Shown here: positions 17,692 to 25,500 of the stretch, piece after piece
How the letters are laid out: every line of letters starts with the position of its first letter
Position numbering within the stretch: position 1 is the stretch's first letter
Source: a virus
Lineage: Duplodnaviria > Heunggongvirae > Uroviricota > Caudoviricetes
Direction: 5' to 3' (one strand)
Length of the DNA stretch: 28,568 nucleotides
IMG/VR virus record: IMGVR_UViG_3300033075_001761
The notes under the pieces: model-generated
Seen by the model: the letters and a program-made list of their open reading frames with translations, nothing else
Databases searched by the model: none
What the model was told of the DNA's origin: nothing
Made by a program: the position numbers and the translations under genes

Positions 17692-19119
17692 ATGAGCGAC
17701 AAAGTTGCAGGAAATGTGAAAGGTACTGTGCATGATGCATCGTACGCTGGAGCATTGGTTAGCAAGTGGGCAAATCTTTTGGAAGGGATTCAAAACCCCT
17801 ATGTTAAGAAATGCACTGCTGTTTTGATGGAAAACCAATCGAACTATCTTCGTTCGTTGGAAGAAGATACCCGTTCGACGAACGCAGGTTCTTATACCAA
17901 GTACATTTTCCCTCTTCTTCGCCGGGTTTTTCCTAACCTGATCGCACAAGAGATTGTTTCGGTTCAGCCCATGACCGCACCTGTTGGTGGCGTATTTTAT
18001 TATGAGCTGAAGTATGCAAATACTAAGGGCAAAGTAACTGCTGGCCAAAAGCTGGTAAAAGACTTTAACGCCTATTACTCCAGCCAAAAAGTTGACGAAG
18101 AAGTTGTTGGCGTTGGCGCTGGCACGTCTTTCTCTTCGACTTTGGATTACACTCCCGTGAAGAGCGCAACTGTTGTTGTTAGCGCAGGATCGGTTTCTGG
18201 TATTGACGATGGCTCTGGCGCAATCGTTGGAACTGGCGTGTCTGGTACGATTGACTACACAACGGGCTCTATCTCTCTTACCTTCGGTTCGAGCGTTGGC
18301 GCTGGCGTAAGCGTAGTTGCTGAGTATGAATACGACATGGAGTGCAACGACAACATTCCTGGCGTGAATATCGACATTGAGCTTCAAGAGATCAAAGCTA
18401 AGAGCCGTAAGCTCAAAGCTAACTGGTGCGCTGAAGCCGCTGACGACCTTAAGGCATTCCATGGTGTAGACGCTGATGCCGAATTGACAGCTTCTTTGGC
18501 TGCCGAAATTGCGTTGGAAATTGACCGTGAAATCATCGAAGAGCTTCGTAAGGCCGCTGCTTTGTCGAACAGCACTTCTGGTTATGACGTTACGACCATT
18601 CCTTCGGGCCGTACTGAGTTGGATGTTATCCGTGGCTTGATCACTCCTATGACCAAGGCTTCTAACCAAATCCATCAAAGCTCGCTTCGTGGGCCTGCTA
18701 ACTTCGGTGTAACCAGCTCGACTGTGATGAGCTACATTGAGCAGCTTGAAACACATGGCGACTTCCGTCCTTTGTTTGCCGCTCCTAATGCTGACCGTAA
18801 CGCTCCTGTGGAACAACCACACACGTTCGCCGTTCAGAAGATGGGAACCTTGGCTTCCAAATACATGATGTACAAAGACGTTTACTTTCCTGTCACCAAC
18901 GAAGGAACTGGAACTGGCTTTGGCGACATCTTGCTTGGATACAAAGGACCTTCGTACTTGGACGCTGGTGCTGTGTACGCTCCTTACATTCCTCTGCAAA
19001 TTTCGTCTACGTTTTATGACCCTGACACCGGGACCTTCAAAAAACTTGCTAGGACTCGATATTCTTTCCGCGTTCTGCGGTCGGATTTCTACCGTCGCGT
19101 GCGCGTTGGCGGACTGTAA
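17692..19119 (+). CDS. gp23: Major capsid protein, T4 gp23-like
   Basis: SKWANLLEG, AVLMENQ, LLRRVFPNLIAQEIVSVQPMTAPVGGVFY, KSRKLKANW..EAADDL...HG.DA, EIALEIDREII, YAPYIPL, RTRY; GGAGG SD before ATG 17692. Confidence 0.95.
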   Translation: MSDKVAGNVKGTVHDASYAGALVSKWANLLEGIQNPYVKKCTAVLMENQSNYLRSLEEDTRSTNAGSYTKYIFPLLRRVFPNLIAQEIVSVQPMTAPVGGVFYYELKYANTKGKVTAGQKLVKDFNAYYSSQKVDEEVVGVGAGTSFSSTLDYTPVKSATVVVSAGSVSGIDDGSGAIVGTGVSGTIDYTTGSISLTFGSSVGAGVSVVAEYEYDMECNDNIPGVNIDIELQEIKAKSRKLKANWCAEAADDLKAFHGVDADAELTASLAAEIALEIDREIIEELRKAAALSNSTSGYDVTTIPSGRTELDVIRGLITPMTKASNQIHQSSLRGPANFGVTSSTVMSYIEQLETHGDFRPLFAAPNADRNAPVEQPHTFAVQKMGTLASKYMMYKDVYFPVTNEGTGTGFGDILLGYKGPSYLDAGAVYAPYIPLQISSTFYDPDTGTFKKLARTRYSFRVLRSDFYRRVRVGGL

Positions 19120-19145
19120 TCATTAGGTTTTTACCTAGTTTTTGC

Positions 19146-19181
19146 AACCCGAGACTGGTATTCAGTCTCGGGTTTTTGTTT
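19146..19181 (+). terminator. Rho-independent terminator after capsid gene
   Basis: AACCCGAGACTG-GTATT-CAGTCTCGGGTT 12-bp stem followed by TTTGTTT. Confidence 0.9.
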
Positions 19182-19268
19182 GTACATAAATTATGCCAGA
19201 CAGTTGGCTGTTGTTGTTTTTTCTTGTGTTTTACCAATCAAAACTAGTATACATACAATGTTTTTTAT

Positions 19269-21470
19269 TTGTACATTGATTGTGCTAGACGATCAATGAT
19301 ACGGAAATCTCCTCGATTAAACCAGGAGTTTTCAGTGAGTTCGCAAGCGCAAACAAGGGCCGAGCAAATATGGGCATCAATCAATAAGTGTTCTGACGAT
19401 GAAAGGTGGTATTTTTTCGGATATTTTTTTGGGGATGGAAATGTATATTGGTTGTCTGAAAATTCCGCAAGGGTATCGTTTACAATAGAAGATTCTCTTC
19501 TTGATAGATGGATTGAAGCCTACGGACCATGGGGAGTTTCTCCCTATAAAGGAAAGAACTACAAACAGGTTTATGCGAACTGCCTGGATTTAGCTAAATT
19601 TATTTCTTCAGAATTTGGCATTACAGGACCGAAGTCAGACATAATTTTTGTACCAGAAGAGCTAAAGCTTATAGAAAGAAAAGATGATTTCTATTCCTTT
19701 GTTAGAGGCTTGTTTGATAGTGATGGATTTGTATCTGAATATACGTATAAGAAAAGCATTATTCCAAGCTATAGTTTTGGGATTTCATCAAATTCTCAAT
19801 TAATTATGGATGGACTCAAAGAGGTTTTTGAAAGAGATGGGATATCCTGCGTTGTAAAGGACTCTGAAAAATGCAAGGTTATTTATATTCGCTCAATATC
19901 TAGCCAAAAAATATTAATGGAGAACCTTTATAAAAAAGGCTCTATTTTCTTGTCAAGAAAACATGAAAAACTTTCAGAAGCCGCAGCAAAGTCTAATCGA
20001 GTAGACGAATTTTGTGTTGTTTGTAAAGATGAACCACGTAAGTTTGGTCTTCTTGGATATAAATGTTTTCATAAACAAAAAAGATCTTATTGTACCTGCG
20101 GTGATAGGTCCGTAGGAAATGGGTATTGTTCAATGATGACTTCGTATTTGAAGCGAAGCGAACTCTATAAGTTCGTTCCTTTAAGGATATCAGAAGTCCA
20201 GTTTTCTAATGAATTTGAAACAAGAGACCACAAGAGAATTGAAAAGGCTTTAAGACAGTATTGTTTGTCTTTTTATTCGGCAAAGCATGAAGGGTTTAAG
20301 TCTACGGCAGAGTGGTATAAAGAAGATGGCCTAGATGCTTGGACTGCGTACCAGCAGTCGAGAAGTAGTTTTGACGTAAAGCCAGCGTCTTGGTTTCCTA
20401 TTAAGTCAATGGATATTTTGTTGGAAATTTCAGAGCAAAGAGTTGGAAACGTTGGAACTGTATTCGACCCGTTTGTAGGATGGGGTACTAGGCTTTCATC
20501 TAGCATTTTGTCTGGTAAAAAATATAAAGGATGGGACTTAAATAGATTTCTTATGCACGAACTAATGGCGTTGTTTGGCTCTAAAGCAAGCATTGATGTG
20601 CTGGATTCGTTTGATATTTCTAATGATGTTCCAGAATCAGATTGTGTTATTACATGCCCTCCATACTGGGAAGCTGAAGATTATAATTACAAGCACAAAG
20701 AAGTTTCTTATACTCAATTTTTAACGCATTTATCGAACCTTGCTTTTCGGTGTATTAAAAAATCTAAAATAGTAATTTTTGCTATGGATGATTTTTATTA
20801 TTCAGGGTCAAAATATAGTTTTATTGATGATTTTTCTAAAGTATTAAATTTTGCAGGATTTAAATTTGAAGTTATTAAGTTTTCTACAACGAAGAGGTCT
20901 TATTCAGAAGACTTGGAAAATCATGCATTTATTATTGAAGCGTCAAAACAAGAAAATCCAAGAATAATATATAGAGCTGCAAATGCTTTAAATATAGGAT
21001 TACTAAAGGACTTAGCAAAATCGGCAAGAGATAAAAAGAAAATAATTCATGGTCAAAAGCCTGAAAAAAAATGTTCTGTTTGCGGTAGTTTTGAAAATTA
21101 TGCCGCAAAAGATCTGTGTTTTAATCATTACACAGAAAAAAAAAGAGAAGAAAAGTCTATAATGAATGGTGTTGTTTTAAAGAAAAGACAACAAAAAAAG
21201 AAAACAGAAGCGCCTATAGAAATGGTCTTAAACAGCAAGCCATTAGAGGTTGTATTTACGTCAAAGAATGATGGAGACGGTATTTATGTAAGGAAGAATA
21301 TTCCAAGGCCATTTTGTCCAATATGCTATATGGATGGAGAAAGAATTGTTTTAGGTTATTTTTCAACAAGAGAAGAAGCGTTAAATTTCAGAAAAAAATT
21401 TATTTCTAAAGTTCTAAAAAGATGGTCTGAAGTTTTGGAAAACGAAAGCTCTGGAGAAGGAGCGTTATGA
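19269..21470 (+). CDS. Fusion: two-motif LAGLIDADG endonuclease domain, Cys clusters, SAM-dependent amino-methyltransferase domain, AP2-like C-terminus
   Basis: FFGYFFGDG and FVRGLFDSDG; CVVC..C, CTCG..C; motif I FDPFVGWGTR and motif IV TCPPY; CSVCG..CFNH; GIY..GERIVLGYFSTREEA. Start may be ATG 19296. Confidence 0.8.
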   Translation: MYIDCARRSMIRKSPRLNQEFSVSSQAQTRAEQIWASINKCSDDERWYFFGYFFGDGNVYWLSENSARVSFTIEDSLLDRWIEAYGPWGVSPYKGKNYKQVYANCLDLAKFISSEFGITGPKSDIIFVPEELKLIERKDDFYSFVRGLFDSDGFVSEYTYKKSIIPSYSFGISSNSQLIMDGLKEVFERDGISCVVKDSEKCKVIYIRSISSQKILMENLYKKGSIFLSRKHEKLSEAAAKSNRVDEFCVVCKDEPRKFGLLGYKCFHKQKRSYCTCGDRSVGNGYCSMMTSYLKRSELYKFVPLRISEVQFSNEFETRDHKRIEKALRQYCLSFYSAKHEGFKSTAEWYKEDGLDAWTAYQQSRSSFDVKPASWFPIKSMDILLEISEQRVGNVGTVFDPFVGWGTRLSSSILSGKKYKGWDLNRFLMHELMALFGSKASIDVLDSFDISNDVPESDCVITCPPYWEAEDYNYKHKEVSYTQFLTHLSNLAFRCIKKSKIVIFAMDDFYYSGSKYSFIDDFSKVLNFAGFKFEVIKFSTTKRSYSEDLENHAFIIEASKQENPRIIYRAANALNIGLLKDLAKSARDKKKIIHGQKPEKKCSVCGSFENYAAKDLCFNHYTEKKREEKSIMNGVVLKKRQQKKKTEAPIEMVLNSKPLEVVFTSKNDGDGIYVRKNIPRPFCPICYMDGERIVLGYFSTREEALNFRKKFISKVLKRWSEVLENESSGEGAL
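19991..20006. repeat. Palindrome copy 5: GTCTAA-TCGA-GTAGAC
   Basis: One mismatch; at the end of the LAGLIDADG domain. 19988-20010 matches 28328-28350 at 21 of 23 bases. Confidence 0.75.
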
Positions 21471-21694
21471 AAGCTATTTTAGAGTTCAATCTAGATGATG
21501 TTGATGATCAGCATTCTCATAAGCAGTGCATAAAGGCCAAGGATATGGCTTTAGCTTTATCCGAAATCTCAGATAAATTCAGGGATATTAATAAGTATGG
21601 GTGTTGTTCTGATGGAACAAAGCAGTTTACTGCTGAAATATTTTATTCAATATTGAGTGAGCGCGGGATTTCTATAGACGATCTTGTTTATTGA
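21467..21694 (+). CDS. Small phage hypothetical protein (75 aa)
   Basis: ATGA overlap with upstream gene, AGGAG SD; MKAILEFNL start resembles small phage proteins I recall. Confidence 0.75.
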   Translation: MKAILEFNLDDVDDQHSHKQCIKAKDMALALSEISDKFRDINKYGCCSDGTKQFTAEIFYSILSERGISIDDLVY

Positions 21695-21719
21695 TTTGTG
21701 TTTGTGTATTTAAGATAAA

Positions 21720-21793
21720 GGTTTCATAGTTCATTAGCAGAACACGGCACTGTCACTGCCGAGAGACGGGAGCGTTACCCGTTGGAACCGCCA
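21720..21793 (+). tRNA. tRNA-Asp(GTC), non-canonical D and T loops, CCA encoded
   Basis: Cloverleaf GGTTTCA/TGGAACC, GTTC/GAAC, CGGCA-CTGTCAC-TGCCG, ACGGG-AGCGTTA-CCCGT, G73, CCA. Confidence 0.88.
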
Positions 21794-21800
21794 AAGCTGA

Positions 21801-21884
21801 GGAAGGGTATGCAAGTAGCTAAAGCAGGCAGACTGTAAATCTGTTCCTTCGGGTTCGTGGGCGCAAATCCCACCCCTTCCTCCA
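21801..21884 (+). tRNA. tRNA-Tyr(GTA), non-canonical D and T loops, CCA encoded
   Basis: GGAAGGG/CCCTTCC, TGC/GCA D stem, GCAGA-CTGTAAA-TCTGT, long variable arm with TTCG loop, GTGGG-CGCAAAT-CCCAC, U73, CCA. Confidence 0.88.
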
Positions 21885-22016
21885 AAAGATAAAACACGAT
21901 GATTTCGTTAATAAAAATATATGGCTTTAAAAGCATCTCTGATAGCCTCTGATAAACTTTGTGTTGACTTCTTAAAAGATAACCGAATATGCATATTATT
22001 TATTTTGGGTTGTTCT

Positions 22017-23192
22017 ATGAATAGAGTTGTTACAAATGCACGCTATCCAATCAAGATTTGGGCATCAATTTTAGAAGAAGAGGCAGAAGAACAGATTAAA
22101 AAGACAGCGAGTATGCCATTTATCCATAGGCACGTTGCAGTAATGAGTGATGCACATGCTGGTAGAGGCTCTACAATTGGGACTGTTATAGCAACAAAAG
22201 GTGCAATAGTTCCTGCTGCGGTTGGCGTTGACATTGGATGTGGGATGATGGCTGTAAAGCTTCCGCTTAAGATTAACGATATAAAAAATTTAAATAATCT
22301 TAGGCATTCATGGGAGAGAACAGTACCCGTTGGAAGAAATGAAAACAGAGATGTTAAGGAAGATGCATCTGTTTTTTTAAATTCTATGGGAAAACCGAGT
22401 GGAGCTAGCGATAGGGTTTATAACAAATCTGCTCTTCAATTAGGAACTCTAGGTGGCGGGAATCATTTCATAGAGCTTTGTTATGATAGAGAAGGTGATG
22501 CTTGGATTATGTTGCATTCTGGATCTCGCAACATAGGGAAAGAATTGGCTGATGTTCATATTAACGGTGCGAAAGATTTAATGAAAAAATATTTCATCGA
22601 TCTTCCCGATCCAGATTTGTCGTATTTGGCAGAAGGGACTGATGAGTTTAATGCGTACATAGAAGACATGCATTGGGCTCAAAATTTTGCCATGGCAAAT
22701 AGAAACTTAATGATGGATAGGCTTTTGTATCAATTTGCTTATCATCAAAAAGGAAGTCCAGATGGATGGGAAGGGTACAAAACATTTTGTGTAAATTGTC
22801 ACCATAACTTTTGTCAAAAAGAAAACCATTTTGGAAGTAATGTTTGGGTCACAAGAAAAGGAGCTGTTTCTGCAAGAGAAAATCAATTTGGGATCATTCC
22901 AGGTAGCATGGGAGAAAGATCTTTTATTGTTAAAGGAAAGGGCAACGAAGATAGTTTTACTTCTTGTTCTCATGGTGCAGGAAGGATGATGAGTAGGACA
23001 AAAGCTAGATCTTTGTTTACAGTCGAAGATTTAGTTAAAGCTACAGAAGGCGTTGAATGCAGAAAAGATTCTGACGTGATCGACGAAATCCCTAATGCAT
23101 ATAAACCAATTGATGTTGTCATGAAAGATCAAGAAGATTTAGTTGAAATTGTTCACGAGTTAAAGCAAGTGCTTTGTATAAAGGGCGGCTAA
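22017..23192 (+). CDS. rtcB: RtcB RNA ligase
   Basis: VMSDAHAG, VGVDIGCGM, LGTLGGGNHF, LHSGSR, HHNF, IPGSMG, SHGAGR, DEIP.AYK: full RtcB active-site set. ATG 22017 preferred over 21921. Confidence 0.95.
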   Translation: MNRVVTNARYPIKIWASILEEEAEEQIKKTASMPFIHRHVAVMSDAHAGRGSTIGTVIATKGAIVPAAVGVDIGCGMMAVKLPLKINDIKNLNNLRHSWERTVPVGRNENRDVKEDASVFLNSMGKPSGASDRVYNKSALQLGTLGGGNHFIELCYDREGDAWIMLHSGSRNIGKELADVHINGAKDLMKKYFIDLPDPDLSYLAEGTDEFNAYIEDMHWAQNFAMANRNLMMDRLLYQFAYHQKGSPDGWEGYKTFCVNCHHNFCQKENHFGSNVWVTRKGAVSARENQFGIIPGSMGERSFIVKGKGNEDSFTSCSHGAGRMMSRTKARSLFTVEDLVKATEGVECRKDSDVIDEIPNAYKPIDVVMKDQEDLVEIVHELKQVLCIKGG

Positions 23193-23236
23193 AAAACTTT
23201 TTTAAAAGTTATATTAGCTTTTGTACTTAAGGAGAG

Positions 23237-23839
23237 TTGTTGCGCATGATTTATGGTGTTGTTAGGAAGTTTGGGAATCCTATTGCTGGATACGTGACTT
23301 TATTCCAGTTCAGAGGGCATGCAGATAAAAGAGGCGTGTTTTTTGAGTCATGGAAGGAAGGCGCCATAAAAGAGCTAGATGGCATTAAATTTGTTCAGGA
23401 CAATCTTGTTCGCTCAAAGAAAGATGCTTTGAGGGGTTTGCATTACGGGCTTACAAGCCCTCAGGGTAAGCTTGTAACGTGTGTCTCTGGAGAGATTTAC
23501 GACGTTGTTGTAGACATTACCGTGGGCTCGCCTACCTATGGACTATGGACTTCCTTTGTTCTTAAGGAGGGCAGGTCTTTGTGGGTCCCTCCAGGGTTTG
23601 CCCATGGCTATTTGGCAAGGACCAATGCGGTTGTCCATTATCGGGTCACTGATGTTTATGACCCAAAAGATCAGATGAATTTGTCTTATTGTGACCCAGA
23701 TATTGGTATTTATTGGCCAGAGCCTTCGGAAGAAGATGTATGCTATTTGTTATCTACAAAGGACGAAGAGGCCGAGTGCTTATTTGAATTGGCTCAAGCA
23801 GGGAAACTCCCATATTCGTCTAATCAATTAGAATCTTAA
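23237..23839 (+). CDS. rmlC: dTDP-4-dehydrorhamnose 3,5-epimerase
   Basis: D.RG.FFESW, FVQDN, LRGLHY, QGKLV, G.I.DV.VD, LWVPPGFAHG, DPDIGI.WP. Exact start uncertain (23237-23246). Confidence 0.92.
   Translation: MLRMIYGVVRKFGNPIAGYVTLFQFRGHADKRGVFFESWKEGAIKELDGIKFVQDNLVRSKKDALRGLHYGLTSPQGKLVTCVSGEIYDVVVDITVGSPTYGLWTSFVLKEGRSLWVPPGFAHGYLARTNAVVHYRVTDVYDPKDQMNLSYCDPDIGIYWPEPSEEDVCYLLSTKDEEAECLFELAQAGKLPYSSNQLES
23818..23833. repeat. Palindrome copy 6: GTCTAA-TCAA-TTAGAA
   Basis: One mismatch; lies in the overlap of the convergent 3' ends of rmlC and the 23820-24011 gene. Confidence 0.75.
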
Positions 23840-24011
23840 AAAATGATTCTATAGACTTAAAAGAAATCCATGTGATTAAAAAACAAAGAAAACATCCAAT
23901 ATATAAGATTATAAAATGTTCATCTGGATGTTCAAACAAAAGATTAAACACAAAATAAAAAACAAACCCACTTATAATCCATGAAATTATATCTGTTATT
24001 TTTTTAATCAT
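23820..24011 (-). CDS. Small membrane protein (two hydrophobic helices)
   Basis: 63 aa, two hydrophobic stretches; overlaps upstream gene stop region. Confidence 0.6.
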   Translation of the reverse strand: MIKKITDIISWIISGFVFYFVFNLLFEHPDEHFIILYIGCFLCFLITWISFKSIESFFKILID

Positions 24012-24270
24012 TTTTGGTTGCAGATTTTTTTATTTTTTCTATCGCTTTGTCGGCATATTCAATTGCGTACAGCGCAGCGACAAAAGATGAAAATAATAAA
24101 ATAAAAAATACAACAAGAACAATAATTGAAAGATATAACCATAAAATTTTATAAAAACTCATTCCAAACATCCAAAGTATAAACACCATTGCCACAGCAA
24201 AATTTAAAGCAGGCTCAATTTTTTCTTTACAATCTGTATAAAGTTCTTCAAAAAGTTTAAAAATTCTCAT
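24004..24270 (-). CDS. Small membrane protein (two hydrophobic helices)
   Basis: 88 aa, long hydrophobic core; ATGA coupling to upstream gene. Confidence 0.65.
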   Translation of the reverse strand: MRIFKLFEELYTDCKEKIEPALNFAVAMVFILWMFGMSFYKILWLYLSIIVLVVFFILLFSSFVAALYAIEYADKAIEKIKKSATKND

Positions 24271-24473
24271 TGATTGCTCCTGTTGTTTGTAATTTTTTTA
24301 GCAAAGAAATAAATCATTTGTTTTGATTTATAATAAATTAAGTTTGAAATTATTATTAACGTTAACCCAAGGAAGACGAGCAAAAAATATTTTCCAATCA
24401 TTTCAAAGATTCCAGTTTGATAAACAAGTTTTAAAATAAATAGAATAAATGCCACAATTAAAGCTGATTTCAT
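24267..24473 (-). CDS. Small membrane protein (two hydrophobic helices)
   Basis: 68 aa; ATGA coupling to upstream gene. Confidence 0.65.
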   Translation of the reverse strand: MKSALIVAFILFILKLVYQTGIFEMIGKYFLLVFLGLTLIIISNLIYYKSKQMIYFFAKKITNNRSNQ

Positions 24474-24751
24474 TGTAGTTTCTCGCTCAGTTTTAGATTG
24501 AAATGGCTATGTCCTGGTTGGTTGATCTTTATTCCTCTTAGATACAGAGGCTTTAAAAACTTGTTCAAAGAGTGGAAATCGATAGTTCGTTCGCAAACAA
24601 AATTGTATTCGTCTTCTGTAAGTGTAACCAAGCTTACCGTTTCTATGTTGTCAGCCATCCAGAAGTCTCCATCCAAATAAACATGGAAGTTTTCTGCATG
24701 CTTTAAGATAAGAACAAGCACTGGCTTGTACATTTTTGACTCCTTAATCAA
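24470..24751 (-). CDS. Hypothetical protein (93 aa)
   Basis: Part of a chain of overlapping minus-strand genes. Confidence 0.7.
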   Translation of the reverse strand: MIKESKMYKPVLVLILKHAENFHVYLDGDFWMADNIETVSLVTLTEDEYNFVCERTIDFHSLNKFLKPLYLRGIKINQPGHSHFNLKLSEKLQ

Positions 24752-25019
24752 TGATGATTTCTTGCCCTTCGGCTTTTACTTTTTTAATCGTGGTTTTATT
24801 GATCATGCGGTAGCCGCCAGAGTCCATATCAAACACAACGAACAAGCCCTTTTCTTCAGGATCAAAAGCTAGTTCGCCGCCTTTTAGATGCTTCTTCACA
24901 TCGAACCTGCATTTCATTTCACGGAATGTTCCGTCTTTTTTGACGAACTCAACATAAAAGATTTTATTGGTCCCTCGTTGAGATTCGATTAACTTGGTTG
25001 CTTGTGCTATTTTTGTCAT
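24744..25019 (-). CDS. Small SH3-fold / WYL-like phage protein
   Basis: VEFVKKDGTFREMKC ... VFDMDSGGYRMIN resembles the F.KKDG..R.M pattern of phage WYL_2/DUF2693-like proteins (from memory); AAGGGGG SD. Confidence 0.65.
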   Translation of the reverse strand: MTKIAQATKLIESQRGTNKIFYVEFVKKDGTFREMKCRFDVKKHLKGGELAFDPEEKGLFVVFDMDSGGYRMINKTTIKKVKAEGQEIIID

Positions 25020-25106
25020 ATACCGATCCCCCTTAAAATACTTAACGGATGATTGGTTAGAAAACTTAGATTTTTTGTTTTAACAAATAAAAACAAGGAC
25101 TTACGC

Positions 25107-25499
25107 ATGATTGAGCAGTTTGCCGTAAAGGTTCCGGTTAGTATGTTTCCTAGCCAAGAAGAGGCTAAAAAGATTGGATTAATTCAAGACGGCGAAGAAT
25201 TCGAGTCATTATCAGTTAATACAGTGATTAAATATGAGATGGTTGTTAACTTGGCAAAATGGGGAATTGATGATGTTTTCTTTAGCGTTCCTGCGCAGGA
25301 AATAGAGGGGTATTTAAGTTATGTTTCTGAAAAAAATAAAGAACATGTTTTGAAAAGAGACGTAACAATTAAAATACCAGAAATCCCTGCTACAATAGAA
25401 AAAGAATATGGTGATGTTGCAGTGTTGGGCTTTGTACTATCAAGCGTTGAGTTTGATTATGGCGTTTGGAAAGCGGTTGTTAAAGCGGTTGGAGGTTAA
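25107..25499 (+). CDS. Hypothetical protein (130 aa)
   Basis: AAGGA SD before ATG 25107 (track starts 25053). Confidence 0.7.
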   Translation: MIEQFAVKVPVSMFPSQEEAKKIGLIQDGEEFESLSVNTVIKYEMVVNLAKWGIDDVFFSVPAQEIEGYLSYVSEKNKEHVLKRDVTIKIPEIPATIEKEYGDVAVLGFVLSSVEFDYGVWKAVVKAVGG

Positions 25500-25500
25500 A

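Noticed and set aside
17662-18999. 445-aa antisense ORF
   Set aside because: Shadow of the capsid gene; its codon bias removes antisense stops; no recognisable motifs.
21921-22016. N-terminal extension of RtcB given by the ORF track
   Set aside because: RtcB-like sequence begins at ATG 22017; the upstream stretch is AT-rich and looks intergenic. Similar over-extended starts were trimmed for the 11895-13064 and 25408-25998 track ORFs.
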